64,000 nucleotides of DNA, taken from Sphaerodactylus townsendi (lineage: Eukaryota). Numbering within the stretch: the first letter of the stretch is position 1; every line of letters starts with the position of its first letter. The notes below the pieces were generated by a model. The model saw nothing but the letters and a program-made list of their open reading frames with translations, had not been told where the DNA came from and made no database searches. This document shows positions 38,933 to 51,298 of this stretch, one piece after another. A program made the translations under genes and the position numbers. The stretch lies in NCBI RefSeq assembly GCF_021028975.2, contig NC_059430.1, forward strand, positions 49,662,001 to 49,726,000, written 5' to 3'.

Positions 38933-39034
38933 CAGTGGTGATGAACCTATGGCACTCCAATTGGCCATGCTGGCAGGGGCTGATGGGAATTTTAGTCCAT
39001 GAACATCTGGAGTGCCATAGGTTCGCCACCACAG
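38933..39034. mobile_element. Palindromic hAT MITE with internal left-arm deletion
   Basis: cagtggtgatgaacctatggcactcca joins directly to attggcc (CCA microhomology). Right arm complete; no clean TSD. Confidence 0.85.
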
Positions 39035-40410
39035 GATGTCAAAGAACTTTAAAGCCAAGATCCTGTTTAATGGGCCGATTGGCAAGTCAAAACTGAAACA
39101 TCAAAGTATGAGTCCTCACACCTCAGAGTACCACTACTACCAGTCCCCTCACTGCCCAATTAGCCACAGACCAAACAACTAAACATCTAGCCTTCCTGGA
39201 ACTAAGAACAAAAAAGACAATCCTGCAAGGTGAGATGCTTACAAGGTGAGTTCTGAAAAACAATTAATCTGGTAGCTGTAACCAATATGGGCTAAAGTGC
39301 TGGATTCAAAAGAAAGCTCCAAAAACCAAGAATAGCACAAAATATAAATTAAATTTCTTCTCATAACATTGCACAGGAATATACCATAAAAGAGCAGTGG
39401 ATAATGAGGATAAAAATAACAAAGCTACAAATCTAAGCTAAGCACATTTAAAAGTATTGGTTCGAGATCCAGATCCTACCTAGCGACTAAGTCAAACAGA
39501 ATTCTGCTTATGTTTTGTGATCATCATGGCACTACAGACTAAAACAAATTCACAGTTCTCCAGTCTAAACGATAGGATCCCTGACTGAATCCCTGATGAG
39601 TAATTCTGTGAGTAATCCTAAGCAAGTCTAGATAAAAGCATATATTATTTTAGTTAGGGAATCCTACTCCTAGAAAAGTGCTGCTAGAATTTTAGCATTA
39701 CACTGTTTCCATGTGGGTTATCTTTCCCAGGCTCAATTGTGTTGGGAAACAGCGATTTGTTCTGCTTCCCCAGAATGTCATGGTGTATTTGTGCAGTTCC
39801 TAGGTTTTCCTGACTTTTCTCCAACTTCTATTGGTGTGATTTTTTTTGGCAAAGATTGCGGTAAAGACAGGATGGCTGCCATGTTGGTGTGAAAATACAG
39901 ATTTTCCTACCCTTATAGTCACTTACCCTGCCTTTGTCTCCGTGGTGGCCACTTTTCACCAAACTAGGCTTTAAAAAAATTACTGATGGAATATTGCTAT
40001 ACTTGTATATTATTGTAAAACATTGGCCCTTTCTACACAAATCACACAAAAAATTGGAAAGCATTTTCAACCTCCCCCTTCTTTAACCATGGTGTATGTG
40101 CACACTCACCCCTTCAAAATAATTCACGGCTACCTTTACATTATTTTCCCCCCGCCCTTTTTTTTTTAGTTCATTGGATGAATTGTGCATCAGTGCTGCA
40201 CAGGGAGGTTGTATGATTGGAAGGGGTGTATGAAGATATAAAAGGGCTTAAAATTTTTTTCTCTGTTTTGCCACAACTGCCCCCCACCCCCCTGCTATTA
40301 ACCCTAGCTATTAGTACAGTAAGTCCTGTTGATATGGCATCAGCAGATATATTCCAAATGTGAATCTGGGGAAAATTCACTGTGACATGTTCCAGATTTT
40401 TCAACCTTTT

Positions 40411-40615
40411 NNNNNNNNNNNNNNNNNNNNNNNNNNNNNNNNNNNNNNNNNNNNNNNNNNNNNNNNNNNNNNNNNNNNNNNNNNNNNNNNNNNNNNNNNN
40501 NNNNNNNNNNNNNNNNNNNNNNNNNNNNNNNNNNNNNNNNNNNNNNNNNNNNNNNNNNNNNNNNNNNNNNNNNNNNNNNNNNNNNNNNNNNNNNNNNNNN
40601 NNNNNNNNNNNNNNN
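40411..40615. other. Assembly gap (205 N)
   Basis: Run of N. Confidence 1.
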
Positions 40616-42276
40616 TACAAATAGCCATCCCTAATAACCAGTGGCTTAGACTGATTAGCATCCTGCTTCCCTTCATTTCTAAAATGGAATTTTAATCAGG
40701 TTGTAATTCCTTGAAGCCTTCAATTCAGCAAGTACTTCCCTTGCCATTAATCATGGTGAATGTCGGTTCCGATTAAGTTGCTTAAAACCTCTGCACATTA
40801 TTAACTGATAACTTCAACTCATTTCCATTGCTAGCCTGTTTCTTTTGCAAAACTTGTGATAACTTCATGGGATTTTGCTGTCATTACCACATAAATTTAA
40901 GGGCTGAGGACCAGAATGGAGAAGGGGAGAGGTGGAGTCACAGGAGAGGAGAGTATCTATGCTTGCTTTTTTATGAGCATTGATTTGAATACCTGAAAAA
41001 ATGCAAGTTTTTTTTAACCTAGGTGTCACATAGCTCAAAGAGTTGAGGTGAATCAGTAGATAATGCAGTTGGAAATTATTTTGTGCTTAGGTACACCTAA
41101 GGAAAATATTTCCCACAGATATTAGGAACAAGAGATGGAAATTCCTAGGAAGGACTGGATATTCAGTTTTGCCAACATTTATTGGCTTTCAGTACAGCCT
41201 AGGCCAAGCAGACCTAAGTTGCCATGGCACTGATAGGATCAGCAGTAATACTGTATAATACATTTGTTTTCCCAAGGGATAAGGAGCTGAGGGCATCTTT
41301 TATGAGCTTGGTTTCTCTTTGGAGCAGAGGGAGCATGCAGGACCAAGGGAAAAACTTTACTCAGAAGTACCTAAGTCCCATTTTATTCAATGGGGCTTAA
41401 TCACAGGAAAAATGTTTTTAGGGAGCAGCCTTAGTCTCCTACAATCTGTTTCTGTCTTGATATGGTTCCTGGCTAGCAAGTTGGTAGGATGTATAGAAAC
41501 ATGTTTATTTGTACAGTCAGAAAGATGTGCAGACTGGCAGAGCTACAGCCACAGCAACCTCAAAGGTAGCACTTCTATAATGCCAAAGCTGTTTTTCTCC
41601 AGAAATCTGCTAGCAAATCTTCTCCAAACTCAGGCAATTCATTTTGGCTGACCTTGTCCTTAGCTTGGCAGTCAAACTGAATGAACCAGTTTAACAGCCT
41701 CCTTTACCCTGCAAGGGCAGCATAAGTTGACCATACAATTGACCAAAGTGATTTGTTACACTGAGTGCACATTAATTAGCATCTGTTGTTAGTGACCGTG
41801 CTAAATGGAGATCTTGAATAATAGGACATCTTGACTCTTAGCTATACTCATCATGGGCCATTTAAGTTGCTTCTAATTCCTACGAACTGTTAAACGGTTC
41901 CAGAGTATTAGATTATATGCTGATGGTTCATCCTGGCTTGACTACTGTCTGAGAATTGGTTGAATTTCACCTGCACTTTGCTTGGAGACTGGTATGTCTC
42001 CTTGAATCTGGAGGATGTACTGAGCATTGTTGTAATTGCTTCCCACACTGATACCATATCTGCAAAACTATTCCCTTACAGTTTTCCGTTCTTCCTAATA
42101 GATGCTCTTTCCCAGGTCTCGACCACGAGCAAATTATATGTTCTCCCCAAGCTGGGCATTGACTGATCAGTGTTGATGTTGGAAATGAAAGGGCAGCTAT
42201 ATGTGACTGCTTTTATTCTGCAGTCATGGTACAAGAAGTCGTTTCAGTTACTTGTATCAAAGTGTACGTTAACTCT

Positions 42277-42339
42277 TGAAAGCTTATACCCTTGAAAATT
42301 TTGTTGGTCTTTAAGGTGCTAATGGAATCAGATTTTGTT
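42277..42339 (+). mobile_element. Penelope pLTR fragment
   Basis: tgaaagcttatacccttgaaaattttgttggtctttaaggtgcta resembles the 3' half of the reptile Penelope terminal repeat. Confidence 0.55.
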
Positions 42340-43120
42340 GAATGTGCAGAATGTCACTCTGGGCCATTCATGGACTAAGAAGATCAAGGGTTGCTGAGTT
42401 TATTTGCTTGTAAGTCAAAAGCATGAGCTTGGTGTGCTTTGTGACACAAGTAATATACACAAGTGATTTGAAAAAAGAAATACAGGAGCTGACAGCTGAC
42501 ATAGTCAGAGGCTGTTTGTGAATAGGATTTGCAAGAAAACTCATTGAACAAATTTGTCAGAGTGACATATGACTAAACTTGCTGAGCTTTGTCCTTGGAT
42601 GCAGATGCCAAGAATTAAATAAGTCATGACAACCTTGTAGTGATCCTTCTGCATTTGATAGCTGTGCCAGATGTGTTAAAAGGAAATGTTCCATATAGGG
42701 AGCCATTAATATTAGTGAATCTGCTTCAAGGAAAATACAACACCAGAACCTAATGAACAAATGAGATTCCTTGAACATTTCATATTTATATGATATAGAA
42801 TGTCCTTGTTTGTTTTCTAGCACTGGGCATCTTAGTAATATTTTGTATGCTGAGCAGCAACATACATCAATGATTTAAAAGTCACGCTGCTACCAGTTCT
42901 ACTGCTGTAAATATGCAGATGCCTTGAGCTTCCAGATTGCGTAAAGTGAGAATCAGAAACAGAAAATATTTGGGGAAACCCTGGGGACAAACCTGAGGGG
43001 ACAGAAGATCCAGGCAAGGTTCTGTTGGGAAACAGGAGAGGCATACTTGTAGTAATCAAGCGGATTTAAATATAAATGTTCTTCTATATATATGAGGGAC
43101 AAATATGGTGTGTGTGGGAA

Positions 43121-43401
43121 CAGGGGTGTACTGCCCTAGGTTCAGAGGGACACCCATGTCCCTGGACACATGCCTTTTGGTCACATGGGGAGGGTGCCAG
43201 ACACCCCCACACACACTTGACCAAACGGCATGTGCCTCAGCCGCCCCAGGAGGAAAGTTGGCTTTTGAAAGCCAGCTTTTGAAAACTTTTGAAAGCTGGC
43301 CTGTGGGGGGGAAGGGGAGACTTGGGGGTACGCAGAGCGGGGGGAACGCCTGGAGAAAAAGTTGTCTCTGGGTGCCATCCCCCCCCCCCATTACACCTCT
43401 G
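43121..43401. mobile_element. hAT MITE with 8-bp TSD
   Basis: CAGGGGTGTA...TACACCTCTG; TSD TGTGGGAA/TGTGGCAA. Confidence 0.82.
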
Positions 43402-44199
43402 TGTGGCAATATTTGTGTGAGGTCCTGTGGACACTTTTGGAAGCCCTGTTGCCATTTTTACCTCCCATGCCACTAGTTTCACATGATAGTTGATGACCAC
43501 AGTATGATGTGCTTATTTTCTAGTTGAACTTCTGTTCAAACTAAATTAATGAGAAGACCCATTTGGACGCTGTCTATATCCAGTAGATGCCAAACCAGCA
43601 CTTCCTGCTCTAAAATATAACATAGTACCTGTGAAATACAGGCTGTTGGGTTTGTTTAGAAATCTTGAACAATGGAATCATATTGTCTTGGAAATGCAAT
43701 TTTTAATAACTTTTAGATTTTTACAGTGGGAATTGTTTTTGCATCCATTGAACTTTACACGCACACCCCCAATAGCTCAATAGTATATTCAGTTAGTTAG
43801 CCTGCTCTACTGATAAAACTTTTTATTGTTGAGACAGTCTTCTAAGTACATGCTGCAGGGCACTGACAAGTTACGTAAACTAGGACAAGTCAGCACACCC
43901 TCCTGTCTCTAATAGATCAGCCTGCTATGGTGAAGAAGATGGTAAGAGAACTGGATCTCTAGTGTAGGAAGTTGGAGGTCAGACGGTATTGTTTTACTTT
44001 TAAACTTTAGACATGCTGCAAGTGTCTACTTGATGTCTGGCAGGTTGGGTTGTCTATGCTAATGTACATCTGTTATAGGAGATTCTTAAAGTCTGCAAAA
44101 ATGAGCAGGTTTCTATTCCTATTAAAAAGATAACTTGATTATCATATGATTATTATATGTGATCATATATATAAGTGTTGATTTACATCTATTATGGGT

Positions 44200-45023
44200 A
44201 ATTCTCAAAGTAGGTCACCAAGACAGCCAGGCTGCCTTTTTCCATCTATGTCAAGCACGACAGCTGGCCCACTACCTCTCTCGAACTGACCTGGCTACAG
44301 TAATCCATGCAACAGTCTACTGTAGACTACTGTAATTTGCTATATGCTGGCCTGCCTTTGAAGCTGATCTGGAAGTTGAAGCTTGTATAGCACGCAGACG
44401 CTAGGCTCCTAACTGGAACTTCTAGCAGGGACTACATCACACCTGTCCTGAAAGAGCCACACTGGCTGCCTGTTGAGTACCAGGTCATCTTCAAAGTTTT
44501 GGTATTAAACTTTAAGGCCGTTAGTGGTCTTGGACTTGCATATCTGTGTGACTGCCTCTCCCCATATTGCCATGGAGACCCCACGGTCCACAGAGGGGAA
44601 TTTGCTGGTGGTCTCAGGGCCCAGGACTGTTCAGCTGGCTTCGACATGGGTCAGGACCTTTACGGCCTTGGCCCTAGCCTGGAATGCTCTTCCTGGTAAC
44701 ATCCAGGCCTGGCAGAGTTTGTTTCAGTTCTGCAGAGCCTGCAAAACGGAGCTGTTCTGCTGGGCCTTCTTTGTCGAGTCAGCCAGACCTTCCTTCTCTT
44801 CCTAAATTATTTCTGGTTCTTGTTTGGATATGGCATGTGTATCTGGTCTTTTTTGTGCTCCCATGTTGGGTTGTTTTTACGCTATCCATGTATCTGTCTT
44901 AAAATTTATGTATTTATGACTTTTAAAATGTTTATATTTATGGTATTTATGGTATTTGTTTTATTGTTTTATTATGAGCTGCCTTAAGTCTTGGAGGTAT
45001 GGTGGGATATAAACAAACAAATA
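44200..45023 (+). mobile_element. L2 LINE 3' end
   Basis: Decayed DYCN...YAGLP...ARLLTG...ITPVLKE.HWLPV...FKVLVL.FKA...WNALP, then T-rich 3' UTR and A-rich tail. Confidence 0.92.
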
Positions 45024-45144
45024 ATTTTCTCATACAATGAGTAGGTCACTAATGTTTTTTCACCCAACCCCCACCCCAATTTTTTTCATCAAAATTATGG
45101 CATAAGTAGTTTGAAGGGAAGGATGGAGAGTAAGCCATATGTGT

Positions 45145-45330
45145 GACTAAATGGAGTATCTGAGCAGACATCAGTGACAGTCCATTATTGGGCCTACCAG
45201 ATGCCAGCGGCAGTGATGAAGAGGATACACTTACCTGGCATCATTGCATCTGCAAATAGCAGTCCAGCTGAGATTTTTCGTGTGGTGAGAGGTCTGACTC
45301 CAGAGGTTGGGGGGTCAGCACCACCCTCAG
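45145..45330 (+). mobile_element. L2 ORF2 linker fragment
   Basis: IASANSSPAEIFRVVRGL resembles the L2 endonuclease-RT linker. Confidence 0.6.
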
Positions 45331-46182
45331 CGGTCAGTGGTGAGCGTGGCCCCAACAAGGAGGGAGCCGCCAGCTGACAGATGGGGCCTTGAACCCAGCC
45401 TGTCATGCAGCGCAGCCTCTCCTGCCTCTCTTTGTGGCCTTTCCTGCCTCCTTCTGTTGGCCGCAGTTGCAGCCAGCTTCATTGTTGGGCTCTTTCCAGA
45501 CCACATAAGTGTGGGGTGGGCAGACCTGCCCAGTGTTCCCCCCTCTTTTTCTTTTATTGTTTCAAAACAGTTGTTACAGCAAATAACTTCAGACAGGATG
45601 AGTATATAAACCAGAGGTCTGTGGCAAATTACCAACGCGTTTGTGTTTGGCCTCCTCACTTCCATATATTGAAGGGGAGTAAACAAGATCACTTTATATT
45701 CTACCTGGAGGGAATGTGTCTACGGGAGATGGGGTGGGAGGGAGAGAGAGAGAAGGAGGGGAGGGAACCACCATGTTGCTTTGAGATGGGCCACAGCACT
45801 GTCAGCAGAAGTTACAGTTTCTCCCTTTCCTCTTATTTTAAAAAATATTTCCAGAGCTAACAAATGTTTTTAATTTAACAGAAATAGAGCTTTGGTATCT
45901 CTGTGACTTCCCCAAGAGAAGTCGGGCAAGGCACTTGAAAATAGATATTTTAGAGAGTGCAGTGAACTACCCTCCTCTTCATAGAGTCGCCTTTTTTTCC
46001 TCTGGGATGCTCACTTTTTTTGGATGCAGATCTTAAGAAAAAAATAAAAGGGGAGGGGGTTGGAGGATGCTTTAAAGTGTTGTGGGGGAGGGGAGAATGG
46101 GAAGGAGGAAACTAGACAGTGAAGGATCAATCCATGGCCCTGGGTAAAATTAAACTGGACAGAGCTAGCACTTACTTTTGCA

Positions 46183-46701
46183 GGGCTTTCCCCACTGACA
46201 GAGGGATTGAACTTCTGAGACTTTCTACACGGTTCGCTTTCAATTGATCCCCACACCACCGAACTCCAACATTGTTTTGTCTGGTCCCCCCCCCCCTCAG
46301 AACTTCTGGGCATCACTTTGCTGAGTTATAGACTTCACCTTTCTGCTGGAACAAGGTCGATACCGCTTTGAAGCTTCGAAGTGGGGAAGCATCGAAATGA
46401 CACCTCATCTGTTCAACCAATCACGAGCCGGTTTTGTGGCATGTGCAGAACGGGAGAGTCGTGGCGGGCAGAAAGCGCATGTAACTGTAAACTGTAAAAA
46501 CTGTAAAAAAAGAACGCTCCTGTTTCCCGCCGTAACACAAGCTCCAGTCATGATCGAGGAGCTAAACAGGCACCAAGATGATCCCGCCCACTTAGCTCGG
46601 TTCCAGGGGGCCAACTCAGTTGCTGTGGGGACAGCCTGGAATCACCCTCCACTGAGGGGAACCGAGTCGACCTTAGCTCCCTTCTGTAGTGGGGAAAGCC
46701 C
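46183..46701. mobile_element. Harbinger-like MITE
   Basis: Perfect 14-bp TIR GGGCTTTCCCCACT / AGTGGGGAAAGCCC; CpG-retaining interior. Confidence 0.7.
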
Positions 46702-46716
46702 CAACTTGTTGGTAAG

Positions 46717-46837
46717 CAGAGATATATCTAGGAAAAATGGGGCCCAGGGAAAAATCTATGGAAAATGGAGCCAGGGTGGGTGAGCGAAAAACTCATATTT
46801 TGCCCTGGGCTCCCTTTTTTTTTAGATATGCCTTTGT
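46717..46837. mobile_element. Short hAT-type MITE
   Basis: CAGAGATATATCTAGGAAAAATGGGGCCCAGGG ... CCCTGGGCTCCCTTTTTTTTTAGATATGCCTTTG inverted ends. Confidence 0.65.
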
Positions 46838-47470
46838 GCAGAATGCGGCAGCTCAGCTGCTAGAGGGTATCTCAGGATGTCATTATATAACACCCATCCT
46901 AAGGGAACTGCATTGGCACCCTATTTGCTACCAGGCCCAGTTTGATGTGCTGGTACTGCCTTACAAAACCTTATACAGCTTAGGCCTTACATATCTTAAG
47001 GAACGCCTCTTCCCACACAGCCATGCCCAGAGAGGCTCTTCTGGTGGGCCCATCACTTTTCAAAGTTTTGGGGGTGGGGACCACTCAGAGGGCCTTTTTT
47101 GTGGTTGTCCCAGTGTAACCCCAGCACTTTAGAACACTGTCCCCCAAGAGGTCTGCCAGATACCAGCTCTGCAGGAGTTTAGGCACCCAGCTAAGATCAT
47201 CCTCTGTTCTCCAGTTATATGGCTAACCCATTCTGAGTGCTGCCTCCCCTCCTCAATTCCCACCCCGCCCAATACTCTCTTTTTGTTCTTTGGGACCTGT
47301 ATCAGCTCTCTCCTGGTTTTAAGATATTTTTAATAATTGCATTTTATATAATTTTGCAAATATTTTTATAATCATATTTTACATACTTGTATTTTTATTG
47401 TGTTTTTATTGTTGTAACTCACACAGGGACTCTGGTGATGGGCAGGAAATAAATTTACAGAAATAAATAA
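46837..47470 (+). mobile_element. L2 LINE 3' end
   Basis: VQNAAAQLL...YITPILRELHWHPI...KTLYSLGLTYLKERL; ends in AAATAAATAAA. Confidence 0.92.
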
Positions 47471-48273
47471 ATGGAATGACATTATCCCACTTGTTTGCCA
47501 GTCAAGATACACTTTTTATATGTCTGTGTTCTCCCCATTTTTCTCTTTCCTCTGTTCACCCCTATAGTTTATATCTTATTCACCCAGCAAATTGTAATGG
47601 TACCACTAAGACCACCCAGTTGGGCTTTGACACAATTATAGGTCATGATCCAAAGATTGAAAATTAATGATCAAGAGGTATTAGTAGTTCATACTCCAGA
47701 TAGAGAGTTTGTTGCCAAAAATAGGCAATTGTCATTCTGACTTGCATTATGGAAAGCATTACATGTAAGTCATGGAAATAAAGACAAGTACTGTATTCAT
47801 CACTGACTGGAACTATGCTTTTGTATTGAATTGGAGATTATAAGGAATTGGAGATTATAAAACAACATCATGTTTTGTGACTCCATGAAGAGTCTTATAT
47901 GATAAAAGTCTTTATGGGCCAAAAGATCACTTCATCATGATAATGAAGTGGCTGCCCTGATTGAATAGGGAGGAAAAATCAACATGAAGTACAAAAGCCT
48001 ATTGCATGACTATTGTCCCTAAAAAGAAATACTCCATGCATTATGTGGGGACAAGATATTGATCTTTTGTCTCCCTTACAATCTTTATCTTGTTTTTAGA
48101 AAGCTGTACAAGTTAACAGCTTGTATCTTATATAATGTATTGTGAAAGGCTCACAAACACAAAGAGATGAGAATTTCAGGAAGAATGCACTAAGTAGCCA
48201 TCAGGAATGCTAACGTGTCTGAATGATACTGCTATCCTAGTATGCAAAATTTATTTAGTTACTTATTAAACTA

Positions 48274-49309
48274 CTAGCGGGGTCCGGCCACATGTTGCTG
48301 TGGCAATGGTTCTTCTCATCACAGTCTGCAACCATTACAGATAACCATTTGGAGTCCCAAGTAGTCTCCAACATAGCCTTTTGGGGAAGTCAAATGGAAT
48401 CCCTCTTTCCCTTTTCAATTCACATTGTTATATGGTGGTGTCTTGTGTTTTTAGTATAAGGTAACCCTTTCCATTCTAGCAACGGAACTGTATCCAGAAT
48501 GGGAATCCCAGCTGTCCATGGGGCTGAGTTGACCACGCACAGTCCTGGCTTGGGAAAGGCAGAACTGGGGCAAGGAGAGCCTTCCCAGTCGATGGTATTA
48601 AAGACAGGGTGCTGCGGCATTCAGATCGAGCCCACCTTCCTGGGTTCTTAAAGGGCCGTATTACTGCAAAAGAAGCGGAATAAGTAGTGTTGGTTAAGCC
48701 CAAACCCTGCGGATTTTCTTAGAAGAAAAAGGCAAATTCCAGCTCGCTTTTAGTAAAAGAGAGCTGTGGCGAATATGGGTGAGGAAGTGGGTAAGTGGTG
48801 GTTGGATGTGAGGGAGGGCAGAGTGAGGTGTGTGAGGATGAGCTGGATATGTATGAGAGTATGTGTGTTGTGTGGTAGCAGTGGGTGAGGCACAGAGAGT
48901 GAAAGTTACCTGCGTGTGAAGGGGGGAACCCCACCTGACGTCTCACATGGCAAAGTGTATGTGTTTCATTTCCACTCATATTACCTAATAGTATTACCTA
49001 TTTACTGTTTTCACTGCTCATCTCTTGCCATCTGCGCGAACATTCTAAGGGCATACCAACCGCCCAGGCCACAGACATGCTGCATGGACATTCTAAGGGT
49101 GACAGTTAAACACAGCCAGCTTCATGGCCTGGTGCACCAGGAGAAGATGTTTTACCTGGCTCAGGTGTGGACTTTTGATGATTTGAAGGTCCAATTACCT
49201 GCCTGCAACAGGGAGGGACATCCTGTGAGAATTTGGGGGCGATCCGTCCAGTCGTTTCGGCGTTAGGGCATGACTAACAAAGTCACTGTTAGCTTTTTAT
49301 ACATATAGA
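48274..49309 (-). mobile_element. Complete non-autonomous Helitron
   Basis: Minus strand begins A|TCTATATGTATAAAA and ends CTAG|T. Hairpin GCCACA-gcaaca-TGTGGC lies 9 nt before the CTAG. No TSD. Confidence 0.88.
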
Positions 49310-51225
49310 TTTATACCCTACCTTTTCATTTATCTCAAGTATGAATCCTCCCTCCAATCTTATCAGCCTTTCTCCAATTGAAGTGTTTTTTTCTGTTGGA
49401 GGAACAGCCATGTAACTTGAAGGAAGGCTCCTAAGGCTAGAGGATCTATCTCATTATCTACTGAGCTCTTCATATGTTCATTAGGGTGTGTGGTTCCTCG
49501 GCCATGACAAAGCCCTTCTTGAGTCCCTCAGCCTGTAGTCCAGCTTGTTTCTTGTCATAAACTGTAATGTAATTCACTTGTCCAAACACTTATACACTGA
49601 AAATGTGCCAAATAGGAAATGGAAACATGACAAGCTTGTCTTCCCTCTTTTTATTAGTTTTTGTTAAAGGATGGCATATCACAGGGTGTAATTTTTATTG
49701 TCATTAGGCATGAAACAGAGTACTGCATTTTTGCATAGAGGAAGATTTTCTTCTGTATCTCACTCAAACAGCAATTTCATGTTAAACCAAATATAGCTTG
49801 AGCAGGAGGTATTGTTCCTGTTCTCTAAGAGAATGCAGACTAGGATGCCTCCAGAGTCTAATTTTTGCAACAGATGGCTGATTTGTGACACTGCTCTGTT
49901 GCTCTGGCATTTTTTTTTACTGCTTAAACGGATGTCTGAAAAAGGACTCCCATCCCATCTGTTTACTTTTGCATACCAGAAGGTTGTTCTGTGTGATCTT
50001 TGAAAATGATCTTCCATGCACTTGCATCAGAACATCAGTTCAGTCCTCAGAATTCATCTTCTGTTTTAATGCCTAGGAAATTTAAATTGAGTGTTCAATA
50101 TTATCTTTAAAGGTGTGATGAACATTTTTTAAAAAAACCTTTTGAGATGAAATTGTCTTTGAAAATTAATTCAGGCAGCTCTATGTAAAAGGATAATGTG
50201 TAGGTAACCTTTGAAAACGACGTTTCTCTTGCAGTTTTGAGTGCTCATAAAACAAACAATGTTCAGAAAAGCTTTAATTCCTGAATGTGATTGCTAAGTA
50301 GATGTCTTGAAATACAGCATTTTCTCTGCTGAACTTCATTTGTAATTTTTTTCCTATTGTATGTTTTAATATTTTTCTGGTTTTACTGTTGTTTCCCACT
50401 TTCATTCCAGTTATTTAGGAGAAAGTTAAGCTATGTATGTTTTAATAAATGTCCAACCAAACAATCTACTGAGAAAATAGCATCTAGCCAGGTACTTATT
50501 TATGTAGGGCTATTTAATGACACACCAGCCATGGTCATAGTATGAAAACCTTATGCAGAAAATTCTGTTCCGGGGCTGTTGAGGCTTCCACACTGGAGGG
50601 CCTCTATCCCTTTCCATGGTCTCTGTGTAGCCTACAGACAATGGCACGGAGAAAAGCGTGACATAAACATAATAGGCTTCTGATTTGTTTCCTGAATTGT
50701 TTCGCCTTACCAAGAGAAAGGTAATGCTCCAGTGCTACAGTGAAGGGAATAAGCTTGGCAGTTCATGGACGCTGCTGTGATCAAAGAGCAAAACTGAGGA
50801 CAAGATGCAATGAATGGAAGAAAAGAAGTGAGGAAAATCTGAGGGTGGGAGGGCAGCCATCAGAAACACTTATTGCGTCAGCAGCTGGATTCTGAAAAGC
50901 TATGGGAGGGGAATCAGTAGTTAGTGGTTTGCATTCAGGGAAACCAAACCTAAAGGTTTTGTTAATGCAAAAAAAAAAAAAAGCGGTGATTTAATGGAGC
51001 CCAAAAGTGGATCCTGAATAATGCTGATTTCTTCTTTTTTGGCATTATTTAGACTTTTTCAGCCTTGCTGCCATGAAACAAAAATCTCCCTCATCCCTCC
51101 TTTCCCTCCTCTCTTACCTACTGCCTCCAAACTACATTCAGGATCAGAGGTTACAGATGGCACAGAGCTGAATGCTGGGCTCAGCCAACCGTTGAGCTCT
51201 GTTCTGCCTCCAAGCCCATGTAGAG

Positions 51226-51298
51226 TTTGTTTATTTATTTATTTATTTATTTATTTATTTGTTGGATTTTTATACCGCCCTCCCCTGAAGGGCTCAGG
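51226..51298 (-). repeat. (TTTA)n microsatellite with LINE/SINE 3' tail
   Basis: tttatttattt...ataccgccctcccctgaagggctcagg; same tail as ~4031 and ~37020. Confidence 0.75.

Noticed and set aside
40171-40695. ORFs containing X runs
   Set aside because: Artefacts of translating across the N gap.
45229-45240. ACTTACCTGGCA matching the U1 snRNA 5' end (similar at ~19366)
   Set aside because: Only ~12 nt; no further U1 sequence, and it lies in an L2 fragment.
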